Positions 25,793 through 37,828 of a stretch of DNA of 44,196 bases are shown one piece after another; within the stretch, counting starts at the first letter, position 1; each line of letters starts with the position of its first letter. The translations under genes and the position numbers were made by a program. Source of the DNA: Microthyrium microscopicum (lineage: Eukaryota). Under the pieces are notes generated by a model. The model was not told where the DNA came from. It searched no databases and was given only the letters and a program-made list of their open reading frames with translations. The DNA lies in the NCBI GenBank assembly GCA_010405405.1, contig MU004233.1, positions 11,327-55,522 of the forward strand. Reading direction: 5' to 3'.

Positions 25793-26316
25793 AGAAAGAG
25801 AAAGATAGAGATTTAGTATATAAGGTATTTATATTTTAATTTATTATATAGAATTAGGTAAGAGCAAAGTAACGCTTAGTTAGTTACTATATCTAACCTA
25901 GGGACTAGAAGTTACTTACTTACGTTAAGGTATTTCTTACTATTACTATATTGTTATAAATAGTAATTAAAATATTAAGGTTATAATTATAACGTATAGT
26001 AAGTTCTTAAGGTCGTTAGTATTAATATAAGACTACTATTAAGTAACTAGTCTATCTTAAGTAAGTAGTAGCCTAGTTCTTTAACTTTTCTTACTTATAA
26101 TTATTATATAAAAATTAAATGCTAGATTCTAGTTTAGAAAGTTCTAGTGTCTCTAAGCTAGATTTCCTTAGCCTTAGGTATTCTAGTATATATAGTTATT
26201 TTACTTCTAGTTTTTAAATTTTATCTATATTAATAACTTATATAACGTATGCCTTAATGTTTCTTTTTATTATAAATATAATACTATATTATGCTTTCTT
26301 TACTACTAAAGCCTAA

Positions 26317-26504
26317 GAGGTAGATAAAAACTATAGCCTAAGACTAGTATACTACGATTCTTTCTTATTATTATAAAGAGGTATATAAAAGTTGTAACCC
26401 TAAATTAGTATACTACGTTTCTTTTACTATTACTATAAAGGGGTATATAAAAAGTATAACCCTAAAGTAGTATATTATACTAGGTTATAGGTTTTATATA
26501 CCTC
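26317..26504. repeat. Cluster of three forward and one inverted copy of GAGGTATATAAAA plus the shared motif
   Basis: Forward copies near 26317, 26378 and 26440. Inverted copy TAGGTTATAGGTTTTATATACCTC at 26481-26504. Confidence 0.8.
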
Positions 26505-26779
26505 TAAGGTTTAATTTAGATAAATATAATAATGTTTTACGCTTCTTTTATTATTACCTTAAGGGAGCATAATAGAATTATAGTATAAGATTAATATATA
26601 TCTTATACTAAGTTGTAGTTCTATATTATCTATATAGGTTAACAAGTAGTTAATTCTTATTACTTAGGTTCTAAACTATAATCTAAATTATAACTTTAGT
26701 ACTAGGTTATTATTATTATTTAGGTTTTAAGATATATTTTATCTATAATTAAGCTTATACTATCTATATAAATAGTACT

Positions 26780-27545
26780 AATTATTAAAACTTAAAAGCT
26801 AATACCTTAAGAATCTATTTAATAGACTTCTCTATTAGGATAAAGTGCTTTAAACTCTTAGTTTTAAGGGCCCTAGGAGTTAGACGCTATTATGCTTCTA
26901 GCTAGTTATTTAGCGACTACTTTTGTTATCTATAGTAGTTTTAAAGTAATCTTAAAGTCTAGTATATACTTAGCTTTATTGCTAAAGGAGGCTATAAAGT
27001 TATTACGTTTTCGCTAGATAACCTTAGTACTAGTATAGTATTAGCACTAACTAAGACATAATTTTAGTTTAGACTTATATATAAATAAGAAACTATAGCT
27101 AGCTACTTAACTATTTCTAGCTAATAGTCTATATATTATATTTAGTAATAGCTCATTAAACGTTAGGTTTCTATAAACTACTTACGTAAAGATAAATATA
27201 AAAGTATTTTCTAGTACTACGCAAATAGCATTTATTATAGCCAACTTTACGATTAATATTATCATAGTCTATAGTGAGATTAGGCTAATTATTAAGGATG
27301 TTAGTAATAACTTTAATTATATAGCTACTATAACTAAATAGGGCTACGTTTATATTAGGTTTTACTATAAAGGCGTGACTAGATAGCTATATTATAAGTA
27401 TTAATAGCTAGATATAAATAGAAGATACTATTATTAAATCTTACTATTAGTATGCATATTATAGTGCTTTGCACGCTTGCTTCCTAATTAATAACATTAA
27501 AGGCCTTAATTATAAAGTCTTACTAAGTACTTAATATAGTAATAT
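26780..27545 (-). pseudogene. Small RIPed, probably intron-containing gene relic with a Cys-rich patch
   Basis: Frame reads NRKVGYNKCYLRSTRKY (de-RIP C-x2-C-x7-C), followed a few codons later by a GTAAGT donor-like site near 27186. Confidence 0.4.
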
Positions 27546-28766
27546 AGCTAAAATAAGGTTTATAGGTTAGTATATATAGTAGGACTTTCTATATAAAATT
27601 AACTTACTTATTTACTTATTTTATATATTACTATAATATAAACTATTATAAAGAGTAGAGAGTAGAAGAGAAAAGGATAGAGGTAGTAGAGTAAAGGAGA
27701 AAGAGAGAAGTATAGAATAAAAGAAGCAAAGAAAGAAGCTATAAATATAGGTAATATATATATTAGGCTTAGCTAGCGCGTAGGTAATACTATAATTACC
27801 TTTATAGGTAGTATAGTAAACTAGTACTACTTTAAGAATAATAATTAACTTTATATATAAGTATAGAAGCTAGAAACTAGGAAGAAATATTAAATATTAG
27901 TATTAGGAGTTAAAGTAGATATAGATAGATACGTAGATACTAGTAGGTATCTTTATACCTAAGGTAATAGTAGAACCTTATAGAAATTAATATAAGAAAT
28001 ATAGTTTACTTAAGCTAATTTATTTATAAATACGCCTTTAAGCTTTCTATTTAAGTCTTATAATAAGATTAATATATTATTAGGAAATATCTACTAAATA
28101 TATTATCTCTTATTTATTCCTAGATATAGAAGATAGTCTCTAAATAAGGTTAATTAATCTAGAAATAATGAAGAATAATGTTAGAATAGAGTATAGTTCT
28201 TATACTTTTAAAAATAAGATACCTTAACTAATATTAAGCTTTATTGCTAAGACGCGCTGCTAAATTTGATTTAGTAACTAGCTATAATACTAAAAGGGGA
28301 AGTACTTAAGTATATATTAGTATTAGGAGTTAAGGTAGATAAGAGTTAAGGTAGATAGAAGTTAACGTATATAAGAGTTAAAGAGCTAGGAGCTAGAGCT
28401 AAGAGCTAGGAGCTAGATTAAAGAGTAGATATTAAATATATATACTAGTAGTTAAAGCTAATAAAAGCTAGGTACTAAGAGTAGTATATATTAGATTTTA
28501 GTATTAGGAGTAGATAATAAATATTAGTATTAAGAGTTAAAGTAGATAGCTAGGAATTTTTTTAGGGAATTTTCTTAGGTTTATTTTAACTCTAGCGTAT
28601 TTTTGCTAAGTAAATTTTAGGTAGAAAGGTTTAGGTAGAGCTAGAATTAAGGTAAATAGTAACTAAATATTAGTAGTAGTAGCGTATAGTAGTATATATT
28701 TAAAAACTATAAACCCTAACCCTAAATTTATTCTAACTTTAGTACTATAGTTTAGTCTAAAATTTT

Positions 28767-28845
28767 ACTATACTAGTACAATAGTAGTACGTAACTCTAC
28801 TATTATATAAAGTTAAGGTTATAGGTTTAAATCCTACGTATAGTA
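28767..28845 (+). tRNA. RIP-mutated tRNA pseudogene, possibly ancestral tRNA-Gly(GCC), with a ~7-nt intron-like insert
   Basis: Complete cloverleaf: acceptor ACTATAC/GTATAGT, D stem GTAC/GTAC, anticodon stem TAACT/AGTTA, T arm ATAGG-TTTAAAT-CCTAC (de-RIP GTAGG-TTCGAAT-CCTAC), discriminator A. A T-run lies ~30 bp downstream. The anticodon position now reads ACT. Confidence 0.8.
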
Positions 28846-28857
28846 GAGTTACTTATT

Positions 28858-29169
28858 TAATCCTTACAAAGGATATTTTTTTTTACTATAGTAAAAAGAC
28901 ATAGAAAATAAGTAGCTTAACGAGCTAAATATAGATGCATTATCTATTTATTTTTTGGCCTTATGTTAGTAAAGATAGAGGTAATTTTATATATTTTAGT
29001 AACCTTAGTAGTAGTAAGGTTACTAGGTTAATCCTTATAGAGGATATTTTTTTGCTATAATGAAAAGACATAGAAAATAAGTAGCTTAACGAGCTAAGTA
29101 TAGATATATTATCTATTTCTTTTTTAGCCTTATGTTAGTAGAGATAAAGGTAATTTTATATACTTTTAT
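28858..29169 (+). repeat. Two ~140-bp direct repeats (period ~171 bp) immediately downstream of the tRNA
   Basis: TAATCCTTA...AAAGACATAGAAAATAAGTAGCTTAACGAGCTAA...GGTAATTTTATATA occurs at 28858 and 29029. The spacer contains the hairpin AGTAACCTTA-GTAGTAG-TAAGGTTACT. Confidence 0.88.
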
Positions 29170-30802
29170 AGTACTTTTAGGTAGAAGTAACCTTAGTAGT
29201 TACAAGCAAATATTAAGATATATTAAAATTAAATAGCTAAATTCCTCTACAATTAGCGTATATAACTTTATTAACGTTAAAGAAGTAATATAAGTCTTAG
29301 AACAAAGATATACTATAGAAGTTGTTAATATCTAGTAAGATATAGCGCTAAAGTTATATAGTAAGTAAATAGTAAGAACGTATTAAATTTTATAGCTAAT
29401 ACAATTTACTAGATAGTTATTATATAAAGATAACATAAGGTAATTTCATACTAAGTAATAAGAACTACTTTAATATACTTACTAATCTTATATAGACTAA
29501 TAAATTTGTCCTTATTATTATACTCTTATATCTTAATACGCTTTAATGCTCTATAAGTCTAGGCCTTTATATCTAAGTAGTATTAATACTAAAAGTATAG
29601 TAGACCTAAAGGAGGTTTGCATAGTAGAAGGATATAAAGTATATGTAGGGTAGTATTATTAGTAGAATAGAAGAGCTTATTACTTAATAACTCTCTAAGT
29701 TTTTCTAGGATATATTCTAGGCTACTTTAGTTAGTTAGTATAATAAGATTAGTATTAATATTAAGCTCTATTAAGTATATTTACTTTAATATATTTTATA
29801 GTCCTTTTAGAAACTTACTTATCTCTCTAAGGGCTAATTTATTAAAGTGCTAGTTATGTGTATGTTTATTATAGTTTTGCTATATTTTATAAGTAGTATA
29901 TTGCTATTATAAGTCTTTAACTAGTATAATTAATAGTAGAATAGGTAGTTTCCTTTTATATAGAGTTTATTATTAGAGAATATAGAAGAATAGTATTTTT
30001 ATAATCGCTAGGTAGAAAAAAGTAGTAGTATTAAAGAGTAGAGTTAGTAATATTTTAGTTTAGGGTTAGGTAAGGGTTTAGCTAAGGTTAAAGGAACTAG
30101 TAAACCCTATAATAATATGCTCCTTCCTTTATCTTTTATATCTTAATTATTATCTATACTATCTTCTTTAGTATATACAAATTATTTAATATTTACTATA
30201 ATAGAGTAGGGTAGTACCTATTATTACTATATCCTAGTCTTATAATAAGATACTAAAAAGCTATTTAAAGTCTATAACCTAGTTATTTAGTAGTCTTATA
30301 TTATAATAGTTAGTAACTATAGTACGTAGAGTAAATATATTTATTTAAGACTATTAACTTTTAGCTTAATTACAGTATAGCGTAGTATAGCGCAGTGTAT
30401 TAGTAATCTAGATATTACTATAGGCTTCTTAAAAACTATAGCCTAGGAGGAATATTAAAAAAGCTAGGTTATAGTTTTTAAAGAGTCCTTTAGAGTAAGT
30501 TACTAAGACTACTAGAATTAAATAGAGAGTTAACTTTAGACGAAGTAAATATAAGTAAATAATATATAGAGCTATAGGGTAGAGTAGTATTATACTATTA
30601 GGTATTAGTTTAGTAGGTATTGTCACTAATAGTTAAAAGAGAGGTTATATTCTATTAGTAAGTTACCTTACTAAGTCTCCCTAACGTAGTATTTTAATAA
30701 TAGAATTTTTACTAAGTCCTAACTTCGTACTATTAGATCTATCTACTTAATAAGAGTATTATATTATATAAAATTATATATATTTAATAGAGAACGTTAA
30801 CC

Positions 30803-31111
30803 TAAGTAATATAAGCTTTAGAGTATATTTATTAAGTAGGTATTAAAAGAGTTATAGAGGTATAGAGGTATCTCTCTACTAAAAATATAAACTTTTAGTA
30901 GTCTAATATTTTGCGTACAAACTAACCTAACTCTAGCTCACGAACGTCTACTATAATTTAAGTAATATAAGCTTTAGAGTATATTTATTAAGTAGGTATT
31001 AAAGAAGTTATAGAGGTATAGAAGTATCTCTTTACTAAAAATATAAACTTTTAGTAGTTTAATATTTTATATATAGACTAACCTAACTCTAGCTTATAAA
31101 CGTCTACTATA
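30803..31111 (+). repeat. 153-bp tandem duplication (period 156 bp) at the junction of two RIP regimes
   Basis: Copies are 30803-30955 and 30959-31111. Copy 1 has TTGCGTACAAAC and CTCACGAAC where copy 2 has TTATATATAGAC and CTTATAAAC. Confidence 0.92.
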
Positions 31112-31449
31112 TTTCTTCTTATTACGTAAAACTTATATCTCTTATCTATATAAACTTATTTTAATTACTCTTTAAGCTATATAATATATTATTCTTATAT
31201 TTAAGCTTTATTTATTTATTTTATTTAAAATACTATAACTTTTATTACTATCTAGTCTTCTTCTATATAATCTCTATTTTATATAAAATATTATAAATTA
31301 GCTAATTTAGTCTTATTTTCTAGGATATTATTAGTACTTACTTTTTACTTACTTTTATATTAGGGTAGTAATAATAAAAAAATAATATATTTCTACTATT
31401 ATAGTTAATTATACTACTAGTATTTTATAGTATTCTTAGTACTATTATC

Positions 31450-34400
31450 TATAATACTTAGTAAATAGAAGTTATTTTTATTATTCTCCTTATACCTTAT
31501 ATTATATTTCTTACTATTCTTTTCCTCTTACTTTTACTTATATTTTTACTCTTTATTTTACTCTTTATTATATTCTTCTTTATTATTAGGTATTATAAAT
31601 CTATCTAGATTACTAGATTCTTTATTAGTTTTATCTTTAGAGTCTATAATAAAGTCTTGTTCTTATTATAGTTAACTTTTATAAAGTCTTTTTAATATTA
31701 CCTTATTAATTTCTACTTATAATTATTATAATTTCTTTATAATACTATATAGTAGTAGTTACTAACTTAGTAATATTATTCTTAATATAAATAATACTTT
31801 TTATTATTAAGTTTAATAATTTATAGATAGAAACTTTTTATATTTTATATAGTTCTTTTTAAGCTTATTTATTAAATTTTACCTTAGCTAAATATCTATA
31901 TTAAAACTATTATATATATAGTATTATATACTAAACTATATTTAGATACTATCTATATAGGTAAGATAATCTATACTTATATTATTTAATATATATAGTA
32001 TTTTATTATTATCTAATTAAAGTATAGTATATACGTTTACTATAACTTTTAGCTTAGTACTTTTTAGATTACTATTTAGCCTTATATATATCTTACTACG
32101 TAATTATATATTCTTTAAACTTTATTATAAGTTTTACTATTTAACTATATTTAATTCTATATAATATTCTTTTACTTCTTAACTATATCTACTTTATAGC
32201 TTTTATATCTATAATTCCTTTCTTTTATATTTCTTTTATTATTTAAGTAAAAGTCTTATCTTAATAAATATATAATAATACTATAATAATTCTAATAATA
32301 AGCTTACTATATTAATAGATTTATATATTTTCTTAGCTAGATTTCTTTTTAAAATAACTATATTTTATTAAAGTCTAGCTATTATAAAGTTCTTATAGCG
32401 TACTATATATAAAATAATATATAAGTAATATCTATATAGCTTACATATTTCTTTTATCTTTATAAGCTTTTCTAGCCTTAGCTACTCTCTTCTTAATTAA
32501 TTAGGTATCTAGTCTTTAGTAGCTATTTAATATATAGCCCTAATACTTTTATAATAATATTCTTTTCTCTTCCTTATAACTTAAAACTACTACGTAAAAC
32601 TAATAGCTAATATTTTTTTATTTTTAAAATATATTTACTATTTCTTACTTCTCTTTAATAATTTTATTATTTCTTTATTACTTTTCTTATATTTAGGCTC
32701 TTTATAATAACGTAGCGTATTTAAAGTTATTATAATCTTTTTCTAGAATCTATATAAACTCTTATTATATATTATTTATAATTTAATCTTATTTTTCTAG
32801 AAACTAATAGAGTTATATTTACTCTACTATTGTAATAAATTAAATAGATAAGTTTTACTAATATCTTTATTATACTTATCTATTTTTACTTAAATAGGCT
32901 ATTTCTCTTCTATGTTCTTAGTATTTAGTATTATAGTTATTATATCTTTTTTTATCTTCTTAATATTATTATCTAGTTTAATTACTATTAAGTATTAAGT
33001 TAATTATACGTTACTAATAGTACTTAGTTTAGATTAACTCTACTATATTTTTCTTAGCCTACTTATTTAACCTATTTTGCTCCTTTCTTTAAATATTCTT
33101 TATAATCTAATATAATATAATTACTTTACTTAGTTGTTTCTACTTTCTTACTTATCTACTTTTCTATATATAGTCTTATATTATTTTTATCCTACCTTAA
33201 TATATAACTACGTAAACTAGTAGCTTATTAATACTTACCTCTATTATACTTAAATAAATAAATACTTATATACTTCTTTATATTAACTATTTTAATACTT
33301 TCTTCTTTATATTCTTTAATAACGTCTAATAATAATATATTACGCCTAATATATTTATTATCTTTTAAATTATTTCTATAGACCTATTAATATATATAAT
33401 AATCTTTTCTTACTCTTCCTTATACTTAACTAATAACTTATTTATTACTAACTTTAAAACTTCTACCTCTTTCTTTTACTTCTAGTTCTATCTTTAAACC
33501 TTATATATAATATTCTTACGTACTATTAACTCTTATAGCTATATAATAGTTTCTAAATTAATACTTATTAAATTTATTACTTATTTAAACGTTTCTTTAT
33601 TCCTTAGTAGTAATATTACTATTAAGTAAACTATTTATATCTTCTACTTAATTAATAGCTATAAATCTAGCATCTTTTCCTTCTACTTCTTTAGTACTAT
33701 AGTATTTAATATTATATAATACTTATTAAATATAATCCTATCTAACTAACTAATTTACTTTTACTTAGTTAAAAACTATAAAAAAGTCTTTTTTATAGCT
33801 ACTTTTAGTATTATAAAAATAATATTTACTTAATCTTACTAATCTTTAGGGTTTTACTCTATAGTATTAATTTATAAATCTCTATATCTTATTATTATAT
33901 CCTTCTCTAAAGTAATAAATAGAATAATAATAATAGTTATATTCTTAACTTCTCTACTTTTATATAACGCTAGTAATATAAATAATAAACTTTTGTTTCC
34001 TTTTGTTTTTATAATTATAATAATAGACCTTTTTTATAATATAATTACTTTAATTCCTTACTCTTAAATATTTTAAAACTTTATACTTTTACTAGCTAAC
34101 TTTTCTAACTATATATTTATATTAATTTAATATAATAATAACTAGTATAATATTATACTATCCTCTATACTTACTTTTACTAAGGTTTATATTCCTTTCT
34201 TTTCTAACTACTATTTCTCTTTAAGTATAAATAGTAATAGTAATACTTTATACTAAGTAGTACTTATTTTTCTAAATACTTCTTACTTAGTATATAATAT
34301 ACTAAACGTCTTACTATAGCTATACGTATACGTTATTACTAATATTTACGTATTATAACTAGCTTATTTATTAGCTATTAAATCTAATTTATCTATACTT

Positions 34401-37300
34401 ACCTCTACTCTAGTTTTTAATACTTCTTTTATTTCTAAACTACTTTCTTACTCTATAATTATACGTTCTACTAATCTATCTTTAATATACTTATATATAA
34501 TCGTAATATATATATATTACTATATTAACGTTATTATTTATATACCTAGATACTTCTCTATCTCTTAAATTAATACTTTTTAAACTTAAATTAATAACTA
34601 TTCTTTATTTATAAATTCTATAAATTCTTTACTTTTTTACTATAATTAAATACTCTTCTCTTTATTCTACTCTACTATATTACTATCTTTATCCTCTTTA
34701 AGTACTATTATATCTTCTATTTTATTATTTAACCCTTATATTTCTTATTCTATAGCTATATAGCTATCTTTATCTTTCTTTTTTTTCTAATTATTAATAT
34801 CTATTTTATCTATATTATACTCCTTTTTATTACTTACTAGTAGCTATAAGTACTTACTCTTTATTATCTCTACTCTAGCTATTTCTAATATATATACCTA
34901 AAAAAGTTTTATAAGCTATAAATAATAATACAATAATTTACTAACTTCTAATAGTATATATTAATAAACTACCTTTAAGATTACTAATAAATTAAAACCT
35001 TTATAGTACTTAGTAATAAATACTATTAAGCTATTCTTAATAAAAATTCCTTAATATAAACTAGCTAGCTTGTTTTTAAATTTTGTTATAATAATTTCTA
35101 TACCTTAGGCTAGCTAGCTACTTATTATATAAATTAGAACTAATAACTTCTTCTTTATCTTCTTTATTACTACTTAGTACTTAAATATTTACTTTTAATC
35201 TAGATATACTTTAAGTATCTCCTTCTTATTTAGTATTATATATAAAAACTCTATATTAATCTTTAAATTAGTAAGTACTTAATTATTTAGAATTTAATAG
35301 TTTCTAGCTTCTTTAAGTAATATATTATCTTAGGTATTTCTTCTATTAACTAAAAAATTCTAATCTTACTATATTTTAGATATATTATCTTCTAGATATT
35401 TCTAGCGAATTATTAGTAATTTATATTATTTCTACTATTTAATAGTATTATTATTAATAACTATTATAAATAATAATAAGTCTTTATAAAGATACTCTCT
35501 AGTCTCTTCTAATAAGTTTACTACTATAGAACTAAGTTATAATATACTAAAGCGCACTTTACTTACTAGTACTTTAGCTATTATATTCTCTAAATTATAA
35601 TTAGAGTAGAAACGTACTTTACTAAATAATAACTTATTATCTATCTAGCTAATTACCCCTTAATCTATTATATTATATTAAATCTTTAATCTATATATAT
35701 ATACCTTTAAGATATAGTTAATTAGACCTAGAATATACTTTACTACTATTAATTTTATAAATCTCTTTACTATTTACTTAATAATCTTATAATACTACTT
35801 AGCTATATTTTCTATATTTTTTTTATATATTTTTCTATTTTCTAATAACTTAGTAATTCTTTCTACTTTCTTGTATATAGCTTTATATAATATTAATATG
35901 CGCCTAAGCGTAATAATAGCTAATAAACGTAAAGTAAATAATAATAAATTTTTCTATTTACTATCTTTTTTTAAACTAATAATTATAATTATAGTAATAA
36001 AAACACTCTTATATATAATACTACTAATATTATAATCTAATAAAGCTAGAAATAAATCTAAAACTAAACTATTTAATTTTTTTCTTTTCTCTTTTAATTC
36101 TATTTTTATATCTTTATCTTTATTCTTATTTATAAACTCTATATTTATTAAATTATTATTTACTTCTCTACTTAGTAATATACTTAATAAGTCCTAGATA
36201 TTCTTAAGTAGTATATCTTATCTTTTAGTTAACTTAAAGTCTAGCCTTACTTTCTTCTCTTTAGTAAGATTTTAATACTTTTTTTAGCTTTCTTTATTAG
36301 ATATAGTTAGCTTAAGCTATTCTTCTTTATATATACGCTAAATAAATTAAATAATTTATAACTAAATATTACTATATCTTTAAATTGTTTTAGCTAATTA
36401 TTAAACTAGTATTAGCTTTCTAGCTTTATCTTTACTATTACTACTAAAAATCTTTTAATTAATTATTTTAAGTACTATTTAACTAATAATATTTTTTTAT
36501 AAATTCTTAATAGTATTTTAGATAACTCATTAAACTAATTTACTAATTTTTATAAGTTTAGCCTCTATTTAGACGTTAATAGATTATATAAAACTAATTA
36601 GCTACGTTTATTTATATAATTATAAAATTCATACCTATTTTATATACTTAATTTATATATTAGCTTCTAGATAGCTTATTATACTCTCTATATTAATTAA
36701 TTCCTTATATTAGTTTTCTTATTTTCTTTACTAAGTTACTAATACTTAACGTTAAATTATTTCGTACTTAGAATATAGCTAAGCTGCTTGCTAGGCGTTT
36801 AGTAGTTAATAGACTTTAATAATTTAGTCCTAAGGTAGCTACGTAAAGATCTTTTAATAATAAATATTATTTCTCTATAGATAATACTAATTTAATATAT
36901 TTCGTTATATTTTAATTATCTAATAGCCTTATTTATTTAAATTAATCTAGCTATACTTAATTTAATAATACTCTTAAATATAAATTACTTAGCCTTTATA
37001 TATATATCTATACTTTAAGTATTTCTATCTATTATAATAAATTAGAATCCTTAGAATTAGTAGATAAGTTTTAGTTAGAAATACTACTTTATTAATATTC
37101 TATACAAGTCCTATAACGAGTTATAGTTTCTAAATAAGCTCTTTCTTAGTAGTTAGCAATAAGCTTTTATAGTATTTTTTAATATATCTAGAAAATAATA
37201 TTAGTAGAACTATATAGCTATATTTAGAATAGACTATAACTTTATATTATAGGTATTCCTTAAAGATTGCTTTAAAATAATTTATATTTATAATTTATAG
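31450..37300 (-). pseudogene. RIP-inactivated telomere-linked RecQ-family helicase (TLH-like)
   Basis: De-RIP minus-strand motifs: FRGVQEQ.I.AI...MxTGGGKSLLFMLPA (~33968-34080), TIIIIPFIAL..DM..RC, LDRIxFDECH (DECH at 33716-33727), YLTATLPP (~33605-33628) and a frameshifted DYxQESGRAG near 33150-33177. N-terminal TLH-type blocks FTxRLSAIITLGRMLMLYKA (~35880-35938) and TYGLKIRYN..GVISW (~35645-35698) are also present. Confidence 0.9.
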
Positions 37301-37590
37301 ATTCTAAATAGTAAAATAAGAAGTTCTTAAAAGTATATAGTTCGTCTTAGTAATATTATAGCATTTAGGCTTTATCTTATAAGTTAGATATAGTACGTAA
37401 TCTTATTAAAAGCGGCGTACTTTTCTCTTTATATAATAGCATATTACTAACTATACTTATTCTCTTAATTAATCTCTAGGCAAAGTTATATATACTATAT
37501 TAACTTATAATTTTAATCTACTCTTCATTCTAAATAATATACTACTAACTAGTATACTATAAAAGAGGGTTAAATCTAACTTATATATAC

Positions 37591-37803
37591 TTCCTCTAGT
37601 ATTTTTAAGTCTTTATCTTTTAATATTAATTTCTAACTACCTTCTAGGTAAACTAAGAGAATAATTAAGGTCTAATATAGCTCCTAAAGGAGCTAATACC
37701 TACCTAAATTAGGGTTTTTATTAATTTAATATTAAGTTAGTATTCTTTTTAATATTAAAAGGAAGTAGATATACTCTTACTTATTAGTTATCTTATTACT
37801 AAT
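37591..37803 (+). repeat. 213-bp direct repeat, copy 1
   Basis: TTCCTCTAGTATTTTTAAGTC...TTACTAAT matches 38712-38924. Confidence 0.92.
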
Positions 37804-37828
37804 TTTCCTACTATAATATAGAATAATA

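Larger units (their letters stand above)
1234..30955 (-). mobile_element. Candidate large multi-gene repeated element (RIP relic), left end lost in the gap
   Basis: At least eight co-oriented gene relics and a tRNA relic share a dispersed intergenic motif and a RIP level milder than the flanks. RIP implies the block was multicopy. No mobility gene was recognised. Confidence 0.5.

Noticed and set aside
29200..30000. Additional gene relic
   Set aside because: Some coding-like stretches are present, but I could not fix strand, frame or any motif.
30429..30626. Listed 65-aa ORF
   Set aside because: It overlaps the non-coding inverted motif pair at 30431-30480, has RIP-typical composition and shows no recognisable motif.
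1234..30955. Starship element
   Set aside because: No DUF3435 tyrosine recombinase or other Starship hallmark gene was recognised. It cannot be fully excluded given RIP and the gap.
31100..37500. LTR retrotransposon or LINE suggested by strand skew and the flanking 153-bp and 213-bp repeats
   Set aside because: Translation gives RecQ/TLH motifs rather than gag, RT or integrase, and the repeats on the two sides do not match each other.
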